This document shows positions 22,203-37,736 of a stretch of 64,000 nucleotides of DNA, one piece after another. Position numbers and translations under genes: made by a program. The stretch comes from Eledone cirrhosa (taxonomy: Eukaryota). The notes beneath the pieces are model-generated. The model was not told the DNA's origin. It searched no databases and saw only the letters and a list, made by a program, of their open reading frames with translations. The stretch is from NCBI GenBank assembly GCA_964016885.1, contig OZ024740.1, forward strand, positions 63,054,001-63,118,000. Reading direction: 5' to 3'. Numbering within the stretch: the first letter of the stretch is position 1; each line of letters starts with the position of its first letter.

Positions 22203-22790
22203 CTAGCAGTGGTACCCGGCGTTGCACGGGATAGGGTATTTTGGAACGCGGGTCGCCAATAAACCTAAAATCTGCATGCCTGGACAATATGTAAAGAAAA
22301 TAAACCGAATACTCAGATGGTTGGATAATCTTTAAGATTTTCCTCGATGAAGCAGGAAAAATGCAGATTTTCACCTAATGCGGGCCTTAAGGGATCAAGA
22401 AAATGAATTTTTTGTATGTGCATAATATGCCTTGAAATTTCGGGAAAATCGGCTAACGTAAAGCCTCCATAAAGCCATAAGAAGCTGAAAAAATGAAGTT
22501 TTTCAACTAATGCGGGCCCTAGGCCATAAGGAAGTTGGATTTTCTTTGCTTAAGGTATGAAGAAGTGACTGACTAATACATAGTTACAATTTCAAGGAAA
22601 TCGGTCTGACGTAACGCCTCAAAAAAACCCTAAAAAGATTAAAAAACGCAGTTTTTCACCTAATGCGGGCCCTAGGAGATACAAAACATGAATTTATTTT
22701 ATGTGCATAACACTCCCTGAAACATAAGTAATACACATGTAAAGTTTGAAAAAAATCGGTTGGGTACTTCTCGAGTTTTAGGGATTCAAA

Positions 22791-22830
<40 letters not shown>

Positions 22831-23132
22831 TCCTCAAGGAAGTGACGTTATGCAGACAGCAGACATATAGACAGATATTATAAGGGCGCGACGTTATAAG
22901 TATGTATCTATCTAAAAAGAGAAAGACTGAGAATTATAGAGCGAGATCGCTAAATCGCCTAATGTGGTCCCTGGGGCATAGAAAATTTGAAATTTGTTTT
23001 GCTCAGAACACTCCCTGAAACATAAGTATTACATGTGTAAAGTTTGAAAACAGTCGCTTGGGTGGTTCTTGAGTTTTAGGGATTCGAACTCACACACACA
23101 CAGACAGACATCCTCAGTTTTATATATATAGA
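22203..23132 (-). mobile_element. Non-autonomous Helitron
   Basis: Minus strand begins TCtatatatataaaactgaggatg and ends cccgtgcaacgccggg-taccactg-CTAG|t; internal subrepeats. Confidence 0.75.
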
Positions 23133-23593
23133 CTAGCAGAAAACCAGCCGGTGGGTGGTTTTCTGCTAGTCGATATATATTTAACACACACACAAACACA
23201 GACACATACACACATACATATATATATATATACACCCATGTTCATATTTTGAGATGCATTATTCTCAAATCAGATTATTATCTCTGACAGGAAGAACCAG
23301 TTTATAATTTTTAAGAAAAATTAAGCATACAGACATATTTTAGGAAACTTATGAATTCCTGTACACACACACACACACAAACACTTACACAGATACACAC
23401 AGACACACGCACAGACAGACACACACGCATACAGACACATACGCTAACACACACATACCATACACACACTTATACATACGCACATATGTACACACGCTAA
23501 CACAAACATACACACGCACATACACACTTAAACCTATATATATATAGAGAGAGAGAGAGAGACACATAATATACATATATAATATATATATAT

Positions 23594-23625
<32 letters not shown>

Positions 23626-23626
<1 letters not shown>

Positions 23627-24036
23627 CGATATTAAATAAATGGAAACTATATTTATAAAACCATATTTATTTCATTATATATATTTCAGGGATATCATAT
23701 TAACAATATGTTATGCCTTCTTCAGACAAAATACAATATAGACAGTTTTATAGATAAATAGATTTGACATACCGTTCAACATCGACTTGTATTTGAAAAA
23801 GTTGATTTGGCAAATCTATTTATCTATAAAACTGTCTATATTGTATTTTGTCTGAAGAAGGCATAACATATTGTTAATATGATATCCCTGAAATATATAT
23901 AATGAAATAAATATGGTTTTATAAATATAGTTTCCATTTATTTAATATCGTAAATATACTCCAAATACTTGTTGAGTGCTTTTATATCAGTTATAAATAT
24001 TTACTAGTTGTAACCCAACAATTTAAATATAACTTT

Positions 24037-24039
<3 letters not shown>
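23626..24039. mobile_element. Inverted family-A pseudo-LTR pair with HHRs (23668-23732 -, 23845-23908 +) and tail
   Basis: CTGAAGA..GAAA-tatata-TA; arms are reverse complements; (TA)n flanks. Confidence 0.8.
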
Positions 24040-24081
<42 letters not shown>

Positions 24082-24579
24082 ATATATATTATATACACAC
24101 ACACACACACATATAACACACACCCATATATAAAACACACACACGCACACACATACACACATACACACACACACACGCACACACATACACACACACATAT
24201 AACACACACATATATAACACACACACATACACACACATACACACACACATACACACACACATATAACACACACACATATAGTACACACACACACGCATAC
24301 ACACACATATAACACACACACACACACACGCATACACACACATATATATATATATTATATGCTCAGCCCCAGTGAGTTGGTTAAAACACAAAAGCCAGTC
24401 TTAAAGTTGTCGTCTGTAAATTCAAAGAACTCGGCTGTGTCTGGCTAGATCTCCATGGTAACTACTCCAAGGTTGCGCGTGCCATGGCTGGGAACGCAGG
24501 TGTCACGTGCTGGCCTGGAACGCTGGTTGTTGGAATCAGTGGTCGACGACAGGGAGTGAGATATATATATATATATATA

Positions 24580-25183
24580 TCTACTATATAAATTGGAAGT
24601 GGTCGGACATTGTATATTTAAGTAAGTAGGTGTAATCGGATAAACGTCGAAACGGCTTGGTGGAATGCAGCGAAATTTTCATAGTTATGCAGAATGGCCC
24701 GAGGAGGCATTGGGTCGACTTTCAAGCTACAAGCTTCCATGATTACGGAGAACATCGATGAAACAGGAATTTCCTATTCAAATTGAACTGAGAGTAGTCT
24801 GTGGACGCAGAAGTAAATATTTCGAGAAACGTTGCAACCGAACGGAAACAGGAAGACGATATTTTGGTTCGTGAAGACGTTCCCTGGCAATGAACGGTAA
24901 AAAAGTGAGGATAATACGTCGTTATGTGGAGCGTGAAGAACAATTTCATGCAAAGACAAGACCAAGATTATGGTATAAATGGAGCCGTTAGACTAATATT
25001 CAATTTAAAATAACAGAATGATTTCCAGCCCCGGAGTTTAAGAATGATGTAAATAAAATTGAAAACGAAAATGACAGAGGTTATTAAAATAGTAAAAGTA
25101 AATAGTGAAGATTTAGGCCAGTACATACGTATGCTCCGACGGACATACACATACATACGCACACACAAATACATACACACCCA

Positions 25184-25214
<31 letters not shown>

Positions 25215-25680
25215 GCGCGCGCGCACTCGCACGCACGCACGCGTATGTATAAACCTTATGCATTTCTACAGTATTTTTACCAAACTTAAGACATAGGTTA
25301 CTTATGTACTCCGGATGGTCATGGGCACTTTCATTTTTCCAGATATTGATTATAGGGCCTCCCGGCAGATAACCCCCTTTAACCACTTTCTTGGAGTCGA
25401 CTGAAACACTGCAGTGCAATGCAACAAAACGTCATAACTTCTGGAGTTCGCAACCGATTTTCACAAAACTTGACACATGGGCTACGTTTGTCCTACAGAT
25501 GAATGTGAACTCTCAGAATTGGCACATATGAGTAGGGGACCCCTGGGGGCAGGAACCCTCTTTTGGAAAAAGCCGATGATTTTGTAAAAGTATAGTTTTC
25601 GAAGCAGCACTGAAGTATTGACATAAATGGTATACACATCTGCTATTTAATACCCGAGCAACGCCGGGTACCTCTGCTAG
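24580..25680 (+). mobile_element. Non-autonomous Helitron
   Basis: 5' a|TCtactatataaa; 3' hairpin cccgagcaacgccggg then CTAG|t. Confidence 0.75.
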
Positions 25681-25814
<134 letters not shown>

Positions 25815-26188
25815 TGTGTATGTGTGTGTATAATTTTGCTTTACAAATCTGCCGAAGAGTATAAATATTTGTCTAAAGTAAAAAGCAATAAAAATAAAAA
25901 TAAAATGAAATAACATAGGAGGAAAGTGAAAGATGATAACCATTTAATGATAAGAAAATTGATAGGGAAGTTTCAGTCTCTTGATCTAATAACTGCCACT
26001 GGCTTTTCGATTGCTAACTCTTTATCTTCTTCATTCATTTCCTTTGTCTTTCGATTTCTTTCAACCATTTTTTATATCGTACTGTTCTGTTAAAGATATA
26101 TAAGATATCTATTCTATTGATCTACTATATTTAGTTTCTTCTGAATAGACCGAAAATCTTAAACAAATGGTTAGTTTATTAGTTTATT

Positions 26189-26223
<35 letters not shown>

Positions 26224-26273
26224 CATACATACATACATACATACATACATACATACATACATACATACATACA

Positions 26274-26304
<31 letters not shown>

Positions 26305-26476
26305 GTATATATATATATATATAACGAAAGAATTGTGGTAAGGAACCTGATGGATCATAACGCACCAGAGTACTCAATACTTAGGGTAGTAGAGTGGGTC
26401 ATGGGAAAAAGTATGACCCCGACGAGAGCTCAAGCCGTTTCGACGGCTATTTCTATTATCGGGGGTCATACTTTTT

Positions 26477-26530
<54 letters not shown>

Positions 26531-26543
26531 CATACATATATTG

Positions 26544-26627
<84 letters not shown>

Positions 26628-26635
26628 TGTATATA

Positions 26636-26674
<39 letters not shown>

Positions 26675-26684
26675 TCTCATTCTT

Positions 26685-26720
26685 TCTTCTGATGAAGGAC
26701 TAGCGTCCGAAATGTTAAGA
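26685..26720 (+). ncRNA. Minimal hammerhead motif
   Basis: tctt-CTGATGA-a-ggac tagc gtcc-GAAA-tgtt-aaga. Confidence 0.65.
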
Positions 26721-26890
26721 CCCTCTACCTGCTATATCAAGCGTTAACCTAATATATACCTTCCATATACTGTACCGATTGTGTTGTTATTTCTGTTTAC
26801 CTCTTACATATATATATATAATCAAGGTTTAGCAAATAAGAAAAAGTTTCAAAATCAATTTTAAAAAATTAACTTTACTTACTACGGTTA

Positions 26891-26972
26891 CCTTTACCGA
26901 ATCGGTTTCGAGTCTCAAAAATAAACGGAGTCCTTACGGCATCCGTTGCAAAGATAAACACTCGTCAGAAGG
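26891..26972 (-). ncRNA. Type I hammerhead motif
   Basis: cctt-CTGACGA-long stem II-GAAA-CCG att CGG-TA-aagg. Confidence 0.65.
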
Positions 26973-27305
26973 ATCTTTTCACTCAGAGAATATCAAATTC
27001 CCGAGTTCAAATTACGAACTGGCGCTATTCAAAATTGTTCCCGAGATGAGAGAAAATGAAGTGGAATCAATTCTTTCAAGTGCCGTGTGTAAAGATAGAG
27101 GCAGAGGCAGAGGCAGGGAGGTCAATCGGCTCCCGCTATAGCTAGCAGCAGTCAGAGCGACCAAATTTTTTTTTTCTCTCAACCAAGAGGAGAATAGTAA
27201 TAATAGAGTATATGTTCCTACACGCACAAGGCGCTAAGGGACACATGTATTGTCCAACCATATGCCAATGTGGTTCAATGGCAGGTTAATAAATTAACGA
27301 GCCAG

Positions 27306-27390
<85 letters not shown>

Positions 27391-27392
<2 letters not shown>

Positions 27393-27623
27393 AGTAAGAA
27401 TATTTTCGAAACAGCGAGTGGGTTTGAAATTATTAGAAATGCAAGCTATCACCGTATTTTGACTAAAGAAATTAAAGAAATTATTTAGCCTGATAGTGGG
27501 GTTAAGAACCCTCGGAGAAATGTACGTCAATACTCATCTTTTTCCATTTCTCCGAGGGTTCTTAACCCCGCTATCAGGCTAAATAATTTCTTTAATTTCT
27601 TTAGTCAAAATACGGCGATAGCT

Positions 27624-27626
<3 letters not shown>
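27391..27626. mobile_element. Inverted repeat insertion with one-sided tail in (TA)n
   Basis: 27442-27522 is the reverse complement of 27545-27625. Confidence 0.7.
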
Positions 27627-27676
<50 letters not shown>

Positions 27677-27921
27677 AAGTAAAAAACAAAAACAATAACA
27701 AAGAGTGCAGCTACGAACAGTGTTGGTATTAGGTTCACGGTTGAGAGTGAGGGGGGGGTGATATATATATATCTTTGATTTTCCATTAGAAATCCATTGG
27801 ATTTTTTGGTGTTTTACAAAGCGAAACCGATCGGTAAGGGCCAAAAGAATAGGTAAATATTTAAATTATATTTTTTAATTTATTTTTAAAAGTTGGTTGA
27901 ATTTTGCTTGTTCTGCTTATC

Positions 27922-27974
<53 letters not shown>

Positions 27975-29358
27975 TTCAACAAGAGCACGGGAGAACAATA
28001 AGGCGCAAGGATAATATATATTAGTTTAACCCTTGCTATAGTAGGAAATAGGTGGTAAATTGTCAGTGATTAGAACGTCGGATAGTATGTTTGACGGTAT
28101 CCGCTGTGGCTTTCTGCTCTCTTATTTCATCCAGTCGAAATCGATAAAAAGGTATCAGTCTACTACTGGCGTTGATTCTTCCTCTATATTTCTTTCCCAA
28201 TTCTCTTCTCTCACTCTGTCCTTCTGTGGATGAATTCTGTTGTATTCATACCCAGAGAGGGGATGGGGTCCGGCAGGTTTTAAAATGACCTGGAAATGCT
28301 GTTTATCAATATCGTGTACCCAAGACTCCCTCTGGAGATACCGGACAATGCCATAAAAAGAAAAATTCTTAGCGGCTTTCAGCGGATGATAGTATGAAAG
28401 TAAGAAAAGTAAGAAACGGATTTATATATATATAACAAATTTAATCTGAGTTTTTCGAATATTAATAATAATATTCGATTCGTTTGGAATTGTAGTGACC
28501 TACATTCCGCGGGCTCACATACATTCTCTGTGCGTGATTTGGCTCAGCTCAGCCAATCAGCGCCAGTAGAAGAGGATGTATCCCTACGCGTTCTGAGGGA
28601 GAAATAGCCCGCAAAGATTTGAGGACGCCATCACTTCCAGGCTAGAGGACTTCCAGGCTTCAGGACTCGCAGCTGGACCATGCTAAAGTAATCACCGCTT
28701 GTTCTTTTGCTCCGTAAGCACAAACAATATGTAACGACAAAACATTACCTACGAGCCTGGCCAAACGCCTTCAGCCAGTCGCCCGTATTTGCTCTTGTAA
28801 TCTTAATTGAATTATTTCATTTCTCTTGGCATGCCAGCTCAACCTATGTTAATAAATAATGTAAAAACAAGCTAAAAGTCGTTGTCGATATACGCTATCA
28901 TATCTTTCTACCAAACCTGGTTCCTCGTGGCAACCTTACCAACTTCTAAATACTTCTCCGCTAAATTGGAATTTACATCTTCAAACAAATTGGTGACAAA
29001 AACAAATCTTTCAAACAAGCCTCTTTTTAAGCCGTGTCAGTAGAATGAGCCCCTCGTTTTTTGCTCTTGTGTTGGCATGTAAACAGAACTGCAGACACTT
29101 ATTGTATTCAGCCATGTAGAGTGGTAACTTCTTGTTAGTTATTTGAACATGGCAAAATCGGCCATTAATCGCGCGTATGCATGAAACTGACTGGCCTATC
29201 TGATAATATGCAAACATGGCTGATCAGTGGTTCTGCTAATATGCAGATCTGACTGATCAGCTAGTCTGCTAATATGCAAATCCGGCCGATCCGTCACTGC
29301 ATTGTTTAGAAAATATCATATATTTTCACTAGCTCTGACAGTTGGCAGGTGAACAGTA

Positions 29359-29407
29359 AATTGCACTGATGAAAGGTAATCACCCAGAAACATTAATGTC
29401 TGCAGTT
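29359..29407 (+). ncRNA. Canonical type I hammerhead (GUC site) within a nested inverted element (about 28430-29580)
   Basis: aattgca-CTGATGA-aa ggt aatc acc ca-GAAA-CATTAATG-TC-tgcagtt. Confidence 0.8.
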
Positions 29408-29575
29408 CTGTTTACATGCCAACACAGGAGCAAGAATGAGGGGGCTCATTTTACTGACACGGCTTAAAAAGAGACTTGTTTGCATAATTGCGAACGAATC
29501 GAATATTATTATTAATATTCGAAAAGTTCGGATTACATTTATTGTATTCAGCCATGTAGAGCGATAACTTTTTTG

Positions 29576-29658
<83 letters not shown>

Positions 29659-30165
29659 TAAAGCTGACGGCCGTATGTATGTAACAAACTTTTGGCAAAA
29701 CGGCTGGACCAAACAGCGCCAAATTTGCACCATAGATGTAACTTTTTCCAAGTAAGAAAGTGAGGGCATTTTAGTCTACTAAATTTTGTTATTATTGATT
29801 AAAGATATTTTGTTTATGTTAAAATTTTCAAACGTCAATACTTCCGGTTAGCGATCGCTTAAATAAACATTCATATATTTTGCAGTTTATATATAATATC
29901 ATCTTTTTTTTAAAAGTATCATGGATTAAATTTCTGTGTATATTGTCAATCTCTATCTATATTAATAAAGCTGACGACATTACTGGTACTTTATTATATA
30001 TAATATATATATAATACGACATTCCTCTCTCTTTCTTATTCTGTCTTTTTAGATAGATACATAGCTATAACTCTCTGTATGTCTGCATTGACTTCGCTTC
30101 TAACCAACTTTTAATTAATTATATATATATAATTATATATTCGTGTACATATTTTCAATAGTAAT

Positions 30166-31443
30166 ACTGTACTATATATTTTCAACAGTAATACTATACT
30201 ATATATTTTCAACAGTAATACTATACTATATATTTTCAACAGCAATACTGTACTACACTATATATTTTCAACAGTAATACTGTACTATACTATATATTTT
30301 CAACAGTAATACTGTACTGTACTATATATTTTCAACATTAATACTACACTATACTATATATTTTCAACAGTAATACCATACTATATATTTTCAACAGTGA
30401 TACTATACTATCTATACATATATATAAAACTGAAATTGTCTCTGAGTGTGTGTGTCCTAATTTTGTCAAAGTCTATACAAAACCACATTTCTACTCCGAT
30501 TGACTTCAAACTTGCATTTATATATTCCTTGCGGTCTAAAGATATTAACTGCAGTTTTCATTTTTCAATTTTCTGTTGTTAAAGGCGTTTTTTCACTAAA
30601 ACTTTAAGCCCTTTTTGTCATTTCAGTTCGGCAATTTTGTCTACAATGTTCAAGAGAGACAACTCTTTAGTATTTTGAAAGAGTTACCCCTCTTTATAGA
30701 CTATATTATGCCTACTTAAACGTACATCCCTTGAAATTGTTGATGGTGACCCCAATAATAATTCCGAAGCGTTCGGCATCCGATATAACAGTTGAGTCTA
30801 TATCAGATTGGATAGATTTTTGTAACCTTAAAAGTACCCAACTAAATTACTTCATGCTCTCCACCACTGCAGTCCCACATGCTTACTGCTCTAAAACTTT
30901 CATTGTACCATAGAACAACAAATACATGTTCGGTTTGTCGAATGCCTTTTTACTTAACCCTATCGTCTTGGCTTTCGTGGGTTGAACATTTTACTCTCAG
31001 GCACCCAATTAAGTTAAACACCTGGTAATCTACGACGAATTTCTTTTATAAACACAAAATGTAGACAACATCACCAGGCCGAGGTATTCCGTACTTCTCT
31101 GTACTGTTTCAGAAAGGAGGTATAAACATGCCAATCTATGTTTAGAAGCCCGAGCAACGCCGGGCCATTCTGCTAGTACTATATATTTTCAACAGTAATA
31201 CTATACTATACTATATATTTTCAACAGTAATACTGTACAGTACTATATATTTTCAACAGTAATACTGTACTATATATTTTCAACAGTAATACTGTACTAT
31301 ATATTTTCAACAGTAATACTGTACAGTACTATATATTTTCAACAGTAATACTATATATTTTCAACAGTAATAATATATATTTTCAACAGTAATACTATAT
31401 GTTTTCAACAGTCATACTATACATTTTCAACAGTAATACTATA
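30166..31443. repeat. Minisatellite (about 21-31 bp, tactatatattttcaacagtaatac) split by a Helitron
   Basis: Units at 30166-30410 and 31177-31443. Confidence 0.85.
30411..31176 (+). mobile_element. Non-autonomous Helitron
   Basis: a|TCtatacatatatataaaactg ... cccgagcaacgccggg ccattctg CTAG|t; interrupts the minisatellite without a target-site duplication. Confidence 0.85.
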
Positions 31444-31494
31444 CAACACAGAAGGCTTATCGTCTGTTTATCCAATAGAAGCTTGGTACGTTAG

Positions 31495-32083
<589 letters not shown>

Positions 32084-32144
32084 ATGCGGTAGAACACGCC
32101 AATGGTAGCCGGGCGCCAGCCGCACGGGCCAGCTAGTATATATA

Positions 32145-32232
<88 letters not shown>

Positions 32233-32240
<8 letters not shown>

Positions 32241-33479
32241 TAAAAAAATAATGAATAAAACAATGAAACAGTTCCTTATATTAAACAAAAAAAGTTCATT
32301 ATTTAACGATCGTTTCTAGGATATATATGTGTTAGAATTGGCATGCATATTCAACAGATCTATGTACAAAATTATACAAAATTATACAAACTATCAAAAT
32401 TAAATATACATACCAAACACATATATATGCCGTCTTCAGAAATAATGAAATATATTTATTGATAATAACAACAATTCAAAATTTCAGGTCCGTTTGGGAA
32501 CAGAGTTCAAATTGACCAATGAAAATACAAAAAATTTTATGCAGATAGGTGTGTGTATATACATGTAATTAACTTCGTACACATATTTACATAAAGATAT
32601 ATGTTCACATGCATACGCATGCCAAAAAGATGTATGTAAATACAAAAATTCAAGGCTAATGTCTCTGTAAGTTTATAATCTACAGATAAAATGCGTATAG
32701 ACACATAAATATGAAATAAATGTATACACACATTCATATACTCACACATATTCGTACACTCACACACACACGCGCGTATATGCATAAACATACACATAAC
32801 TACGAACATACATACACACACACACCCCCACACACATATATATGTGCATATAGTATTATCATAAGCATATGGACATTAATGCACGCACATAAACACTGCC
32901 ACACATATTTAGATCAGGATACAGAAATTAGGTGGGAGGGGGGGGAGAGGTCTGTATTCAACGGTTTCGGCAGACTGCTTATTTATAAATGTATCTATAA
33001 ACTTAGAAATAAAAAGAAAAGAAAAAGAAAAAAGAAAAAAGAAATATATCAAGAAAATATATATATATATATATATATACATCCACACATACACACACAC
33101 ACACACACATATACATATACATATATATATACACATATATACACACATATATATATATATACACATATATATACACATATATACACACACATATACACAC
33201 ACATATATATATACACATATACATACACATACATATATATATACAAACAAGTAAAATATAAAATATACATCGATATACATACATATAGACATATAAATAA
33301 ATACACACGCATACACACACATACATATACATACATATACATACACATATATACAAACACATACATACACATACATATACATACACATACCATATAAATA
33401 CACATACACATACACACACGCATACATATAGAGACACATACATATACACATATAAATACATAGACACATACACACATAA

Positions 33480-33511
<32 letters not shown>

Positions 33512-33536
33512 TTTTACACACATATACACATACACG

Positions 33537-33585
<49 letters not shown>

Positions 33586-33622
33586 TCACAACACTCGTAT
33601 ATATATACACACTCATACATAT

Positions 33623-33711
<89 letters not shown>

Positions 33712-33846
33712 CAGTCACATCTACATACATATATATATATAAAAATACACTCATATATATACACACATACACATACATACCCACATATAAATATATATAT
33801 ATATATATATAAATATATATATATACACACATACACACATACACAT

Positions 33847-33889
<43 letters not shown>

Positions 33890-34003
33890 CACACACATAC
33901 ACATATACACACATACATATATACACACACACACACACACCTACACATACATACACATACACATATATAAAGATATATATACACACGCACACACACACAT
34001 ATA

Positions 34004-34040
<37 letters not shown>

Positions 34041-34049
34041 CATATATAC

Positions 34050-34080
<31 letters not shown>

Positions 34081-35999
34081 CACACATATACATACACACA
34101 TACACACATAATGCTCCATTTAATTTACAAATTAAGGATAATATTGCTAAAAATTTTTTTTATATTCTAGAGAAAAACTTCCCGCCAAACCACAAATACC
34201 ATCAAATCTTAAATAGGTCTACAGTTAAATTCTCATACTCAACAACAAATAACATAAAACAAAATATAAGTGCCTATAATGCATATAAATGTAAGAAAAC
34301 CATAAGTATACCACCAATACATCAAACTAACCATAATATCTCCTCAAATACAGAATTAACGAAAGGTTGTAACTGTAGAAACAAAGCAAACTGCCCATTA
34401 AAAGGAAATTGTCTTGTTAACAACATAGTTTATAAATGTAATGTTAAAACTAAAGATTCTATTTGCTCATATATAGGAGCTACTTCTAACAATTTTAAGA
34501 CAAGGTTTAATACCCACAAACATAGTTTTAAAAATGCCGCACTGGCTAATACAACATCTCTAGCAGAAAAAATCAATAGTTATAAAAATAAGAATATAGA
34601 ATATGATTTGACCTGGAGTGTGCTCAAAAGAGCCACCCCTTATCAAAATAATAGAAATGAATGTAGATTATGTTCCCAAGAACTATTTGAAATAATGAAA
34701 TCTAAGGATATCCTATTAAATAAACGACAGGAATTAATTATATCGTGTAATCATAAACTAAAAAAAACATTTAAATATTATAAACCTAATTAATAACATT
34801 ATTTTAGAAATTAATATATAATTTAATTTAAATGTTAGTTAACCTATAAATTTAATTTAATTAAAATTCTACTACAGATGAGAATATAAAATATTGTGTA
34901 ATCATAAATTGTGAAAAACCTTTAAATATTACTAATATATACTTAGTAATTTAATTTATAGATTAATTTTAATTTATTTAACCCTTTATTAAAATTCCTT
35001 TACAGATAAAATATAACAAAATATCGTGTATTCAATGACAGAGAAATAATTTTTAGTATTATAGACCTAATTAATATACATTTTAGAAATATATTTATAA
35101 TTTGGTTTTAAATTTGGTCAACCTAAAAATTTAATTTAATTGGCTTAAAAATAGTATCCTAATACAGATGGATTGTCATATATACAGAGTGTCATGTAAT
35201 CATAGAATGGGATAGGTTTTGGATGTATACCTAGTTAATATATTCTTTGCAATTTTTGAAAAAATATGTATATGTATGTATATATATGTATGTGTATATA
35301 TGTATATATATGTGTATATATATATGTATGTATATGTATATGTGTATGTATTAATTTTAATTTCTGTTTACCTATAATTATATTCTACTATTGATAAAAT
35401 ACAATATCTGTTTTATTTATTATATACCTAATTAACATATACTATAGAAATTAATATATAATTTTTAATTTAGTTAACCTATAATTTATATTCTACTACC
35501 GATGTAATACTTTATTTGTTTTTTCCCTATTACTAAATTCATTTCCTAATATTGATACCATAACGTTAATAATTTTAATTTAGTTATACTATAATTAATA
35601 CTCTACTACTATTTAACTTCAAAATTCTGCTTCAAATATTATAAACCTAAGTAATTTACACCTTAGAAATCAATATATTAACTATCTTTAGTTTAGTTAA
35701 CCTATAATTAATGGTATACTTATATTGAAATGCATAGTTTTGCCTTCTTTCTTGCATTTCCTAATACTGAAACTATGTAAACACATATTGTGATCTAAAT
35801 GCAGATTAATATTCTATGTTTCTTGAAACATATATTTACTATAATCCCCTTCTCCCCCCCCCCTTCCCCCACTACTATTATTATTTGTATTTGTAAGCGT
35901 GTATGTATGTATGTATATGTAGGTAGGTGTATATATGTTTGGGTGTTTATATGTAAGTATAAAAATACATATATGCGCATGCAAATAAGGGTGTATGAT

Positions 36000-36070
<71 letters not shown>

Positions 36071-36314
36071 ATGTATATATATGTGTGTATATATGTGTGT
36101 GTATATATGTGTGTGTATATGTATGTCTCTCTATATATATGTGTATCTTTGTATCTATCTGGGTATATGTGTGTATGTACATGTATGCACATGTATATGT
36201 CTATGTGTATATGTGTGTATGTGTATATGTGTACGTATGTGCGCATATATATGTGAGTGTGTGTGTATATATATGTATGTCTGTATATATATATATATAT
36301 ATATATTATTTATT

Positions 36315-36352
<38 letters not shown>

Positions 36353-36363
36353 ATATGTATATA

Positions 36364-36403
<40 letters not shown>

Positions 36404-36666
36404 TTGTAGTTGATGTGTGTATATGTATGTATATATATGTGTGTGTGTATGTATGTGTATATATATGTATGTGTGTGTGTATATGTGTGTGTGTATATAT
36501 ATATATACATATATGTATATGTATGTGTGTGCATATTTGTCTGACTGTGTGTATTAATTTATTTATTTTTTTATTTATCTTATTTCTTTATTTTTTTATA
36601 TATATGTATGTGTATGTGTATGTATGTATGTATGTATGTGTGTGCATGTGTATATATATGTATGTG

Positions 36667-36721
<55 letters not shown>

Positions 36722-36724
36722 CTT

Positions 36725-36785
<61 letters not shown>

Positions 36786-36862
36786 CTTTGTGTGTGTGTA
36801 TATATATATATGTATGTGTGTATGTATGTGTTTGTATGTGTGTTTATGTGTGTACGTGTGTG

Positions 36863-36897
<35 letters not shown>

Positions 36898-37151
36898 GTA
36901 TATGTATCTCTATTTATATGTGTATATATGTGTATGTATATACCTTTTTCTTTGTATGTCTGAGTTGTGTGAGCGTGTAGTGGTGTTTGTATGTATATAC
37001 GCATATATGGATGTGTATGTATTTGTATATATGCGTATATGTAAGTGCGTATGTGTGTGTGAGTATATATCTATGTCTATGTATGAGTATGTATGTGTGT
37101 GTATGTATGTGTGTATGTATGTATGTGTGTATGTGTGTATGTATATGTGTG

Positions 37152-37182
<31 letters not shown>

Positions 37183-37334
37183 GTATATATGTATGTATAT
37201 ATATATATATATATATATTTATTATATGTGTGTGTGTGTGTGTGTATATATATCTTTATATATGTGTATGTGTATGTATGTGTAGGTGTGTGTGTGTGTG
37301 TATATATGTATGTGTGTATATGTGTATGTGTGTG

Positions 37335-37379
<45 letters not shown>

Positions 37380-37503
37380 ATGTGTATGTGTGTATGTGTG
37401 TATATATATATTTATATATATATATATATTTATATGTGGGTATGTATGTGTATGTGTGTATATATATGAGTGTATTTATATATATATATGTATGTAGATG
37501 TGA

Positions 37504-37571
<68 letters not shown>

Positions 37572-37620
37572 GTATATATGTGTATATGTATGAGTGTGTA
37601 TATATATACGAGTGTTGTGA

Positions 37621-37677
<57 letters not shown>

Positions 37678-37699
37678 CGTGTATGTGTATATGTGTGTA

Positions 37700-37736
<37 letters not shown>

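Noticed and set aside
26402-26478. Partial HHR halves (also about 7000-7040, 27823-27840, 43685-43715, 55170-55200)
   Set aside because: Only GAAA-stem III-UH is present; the CUGANGA half is truncated or decayed, so not called as ribozymes.
30166-31443. Regularly spaced repeats resembling a CRISPR array
   Set aside because: No unique spacers, eukaryotic context and no cas genes; it is a minisatellite.
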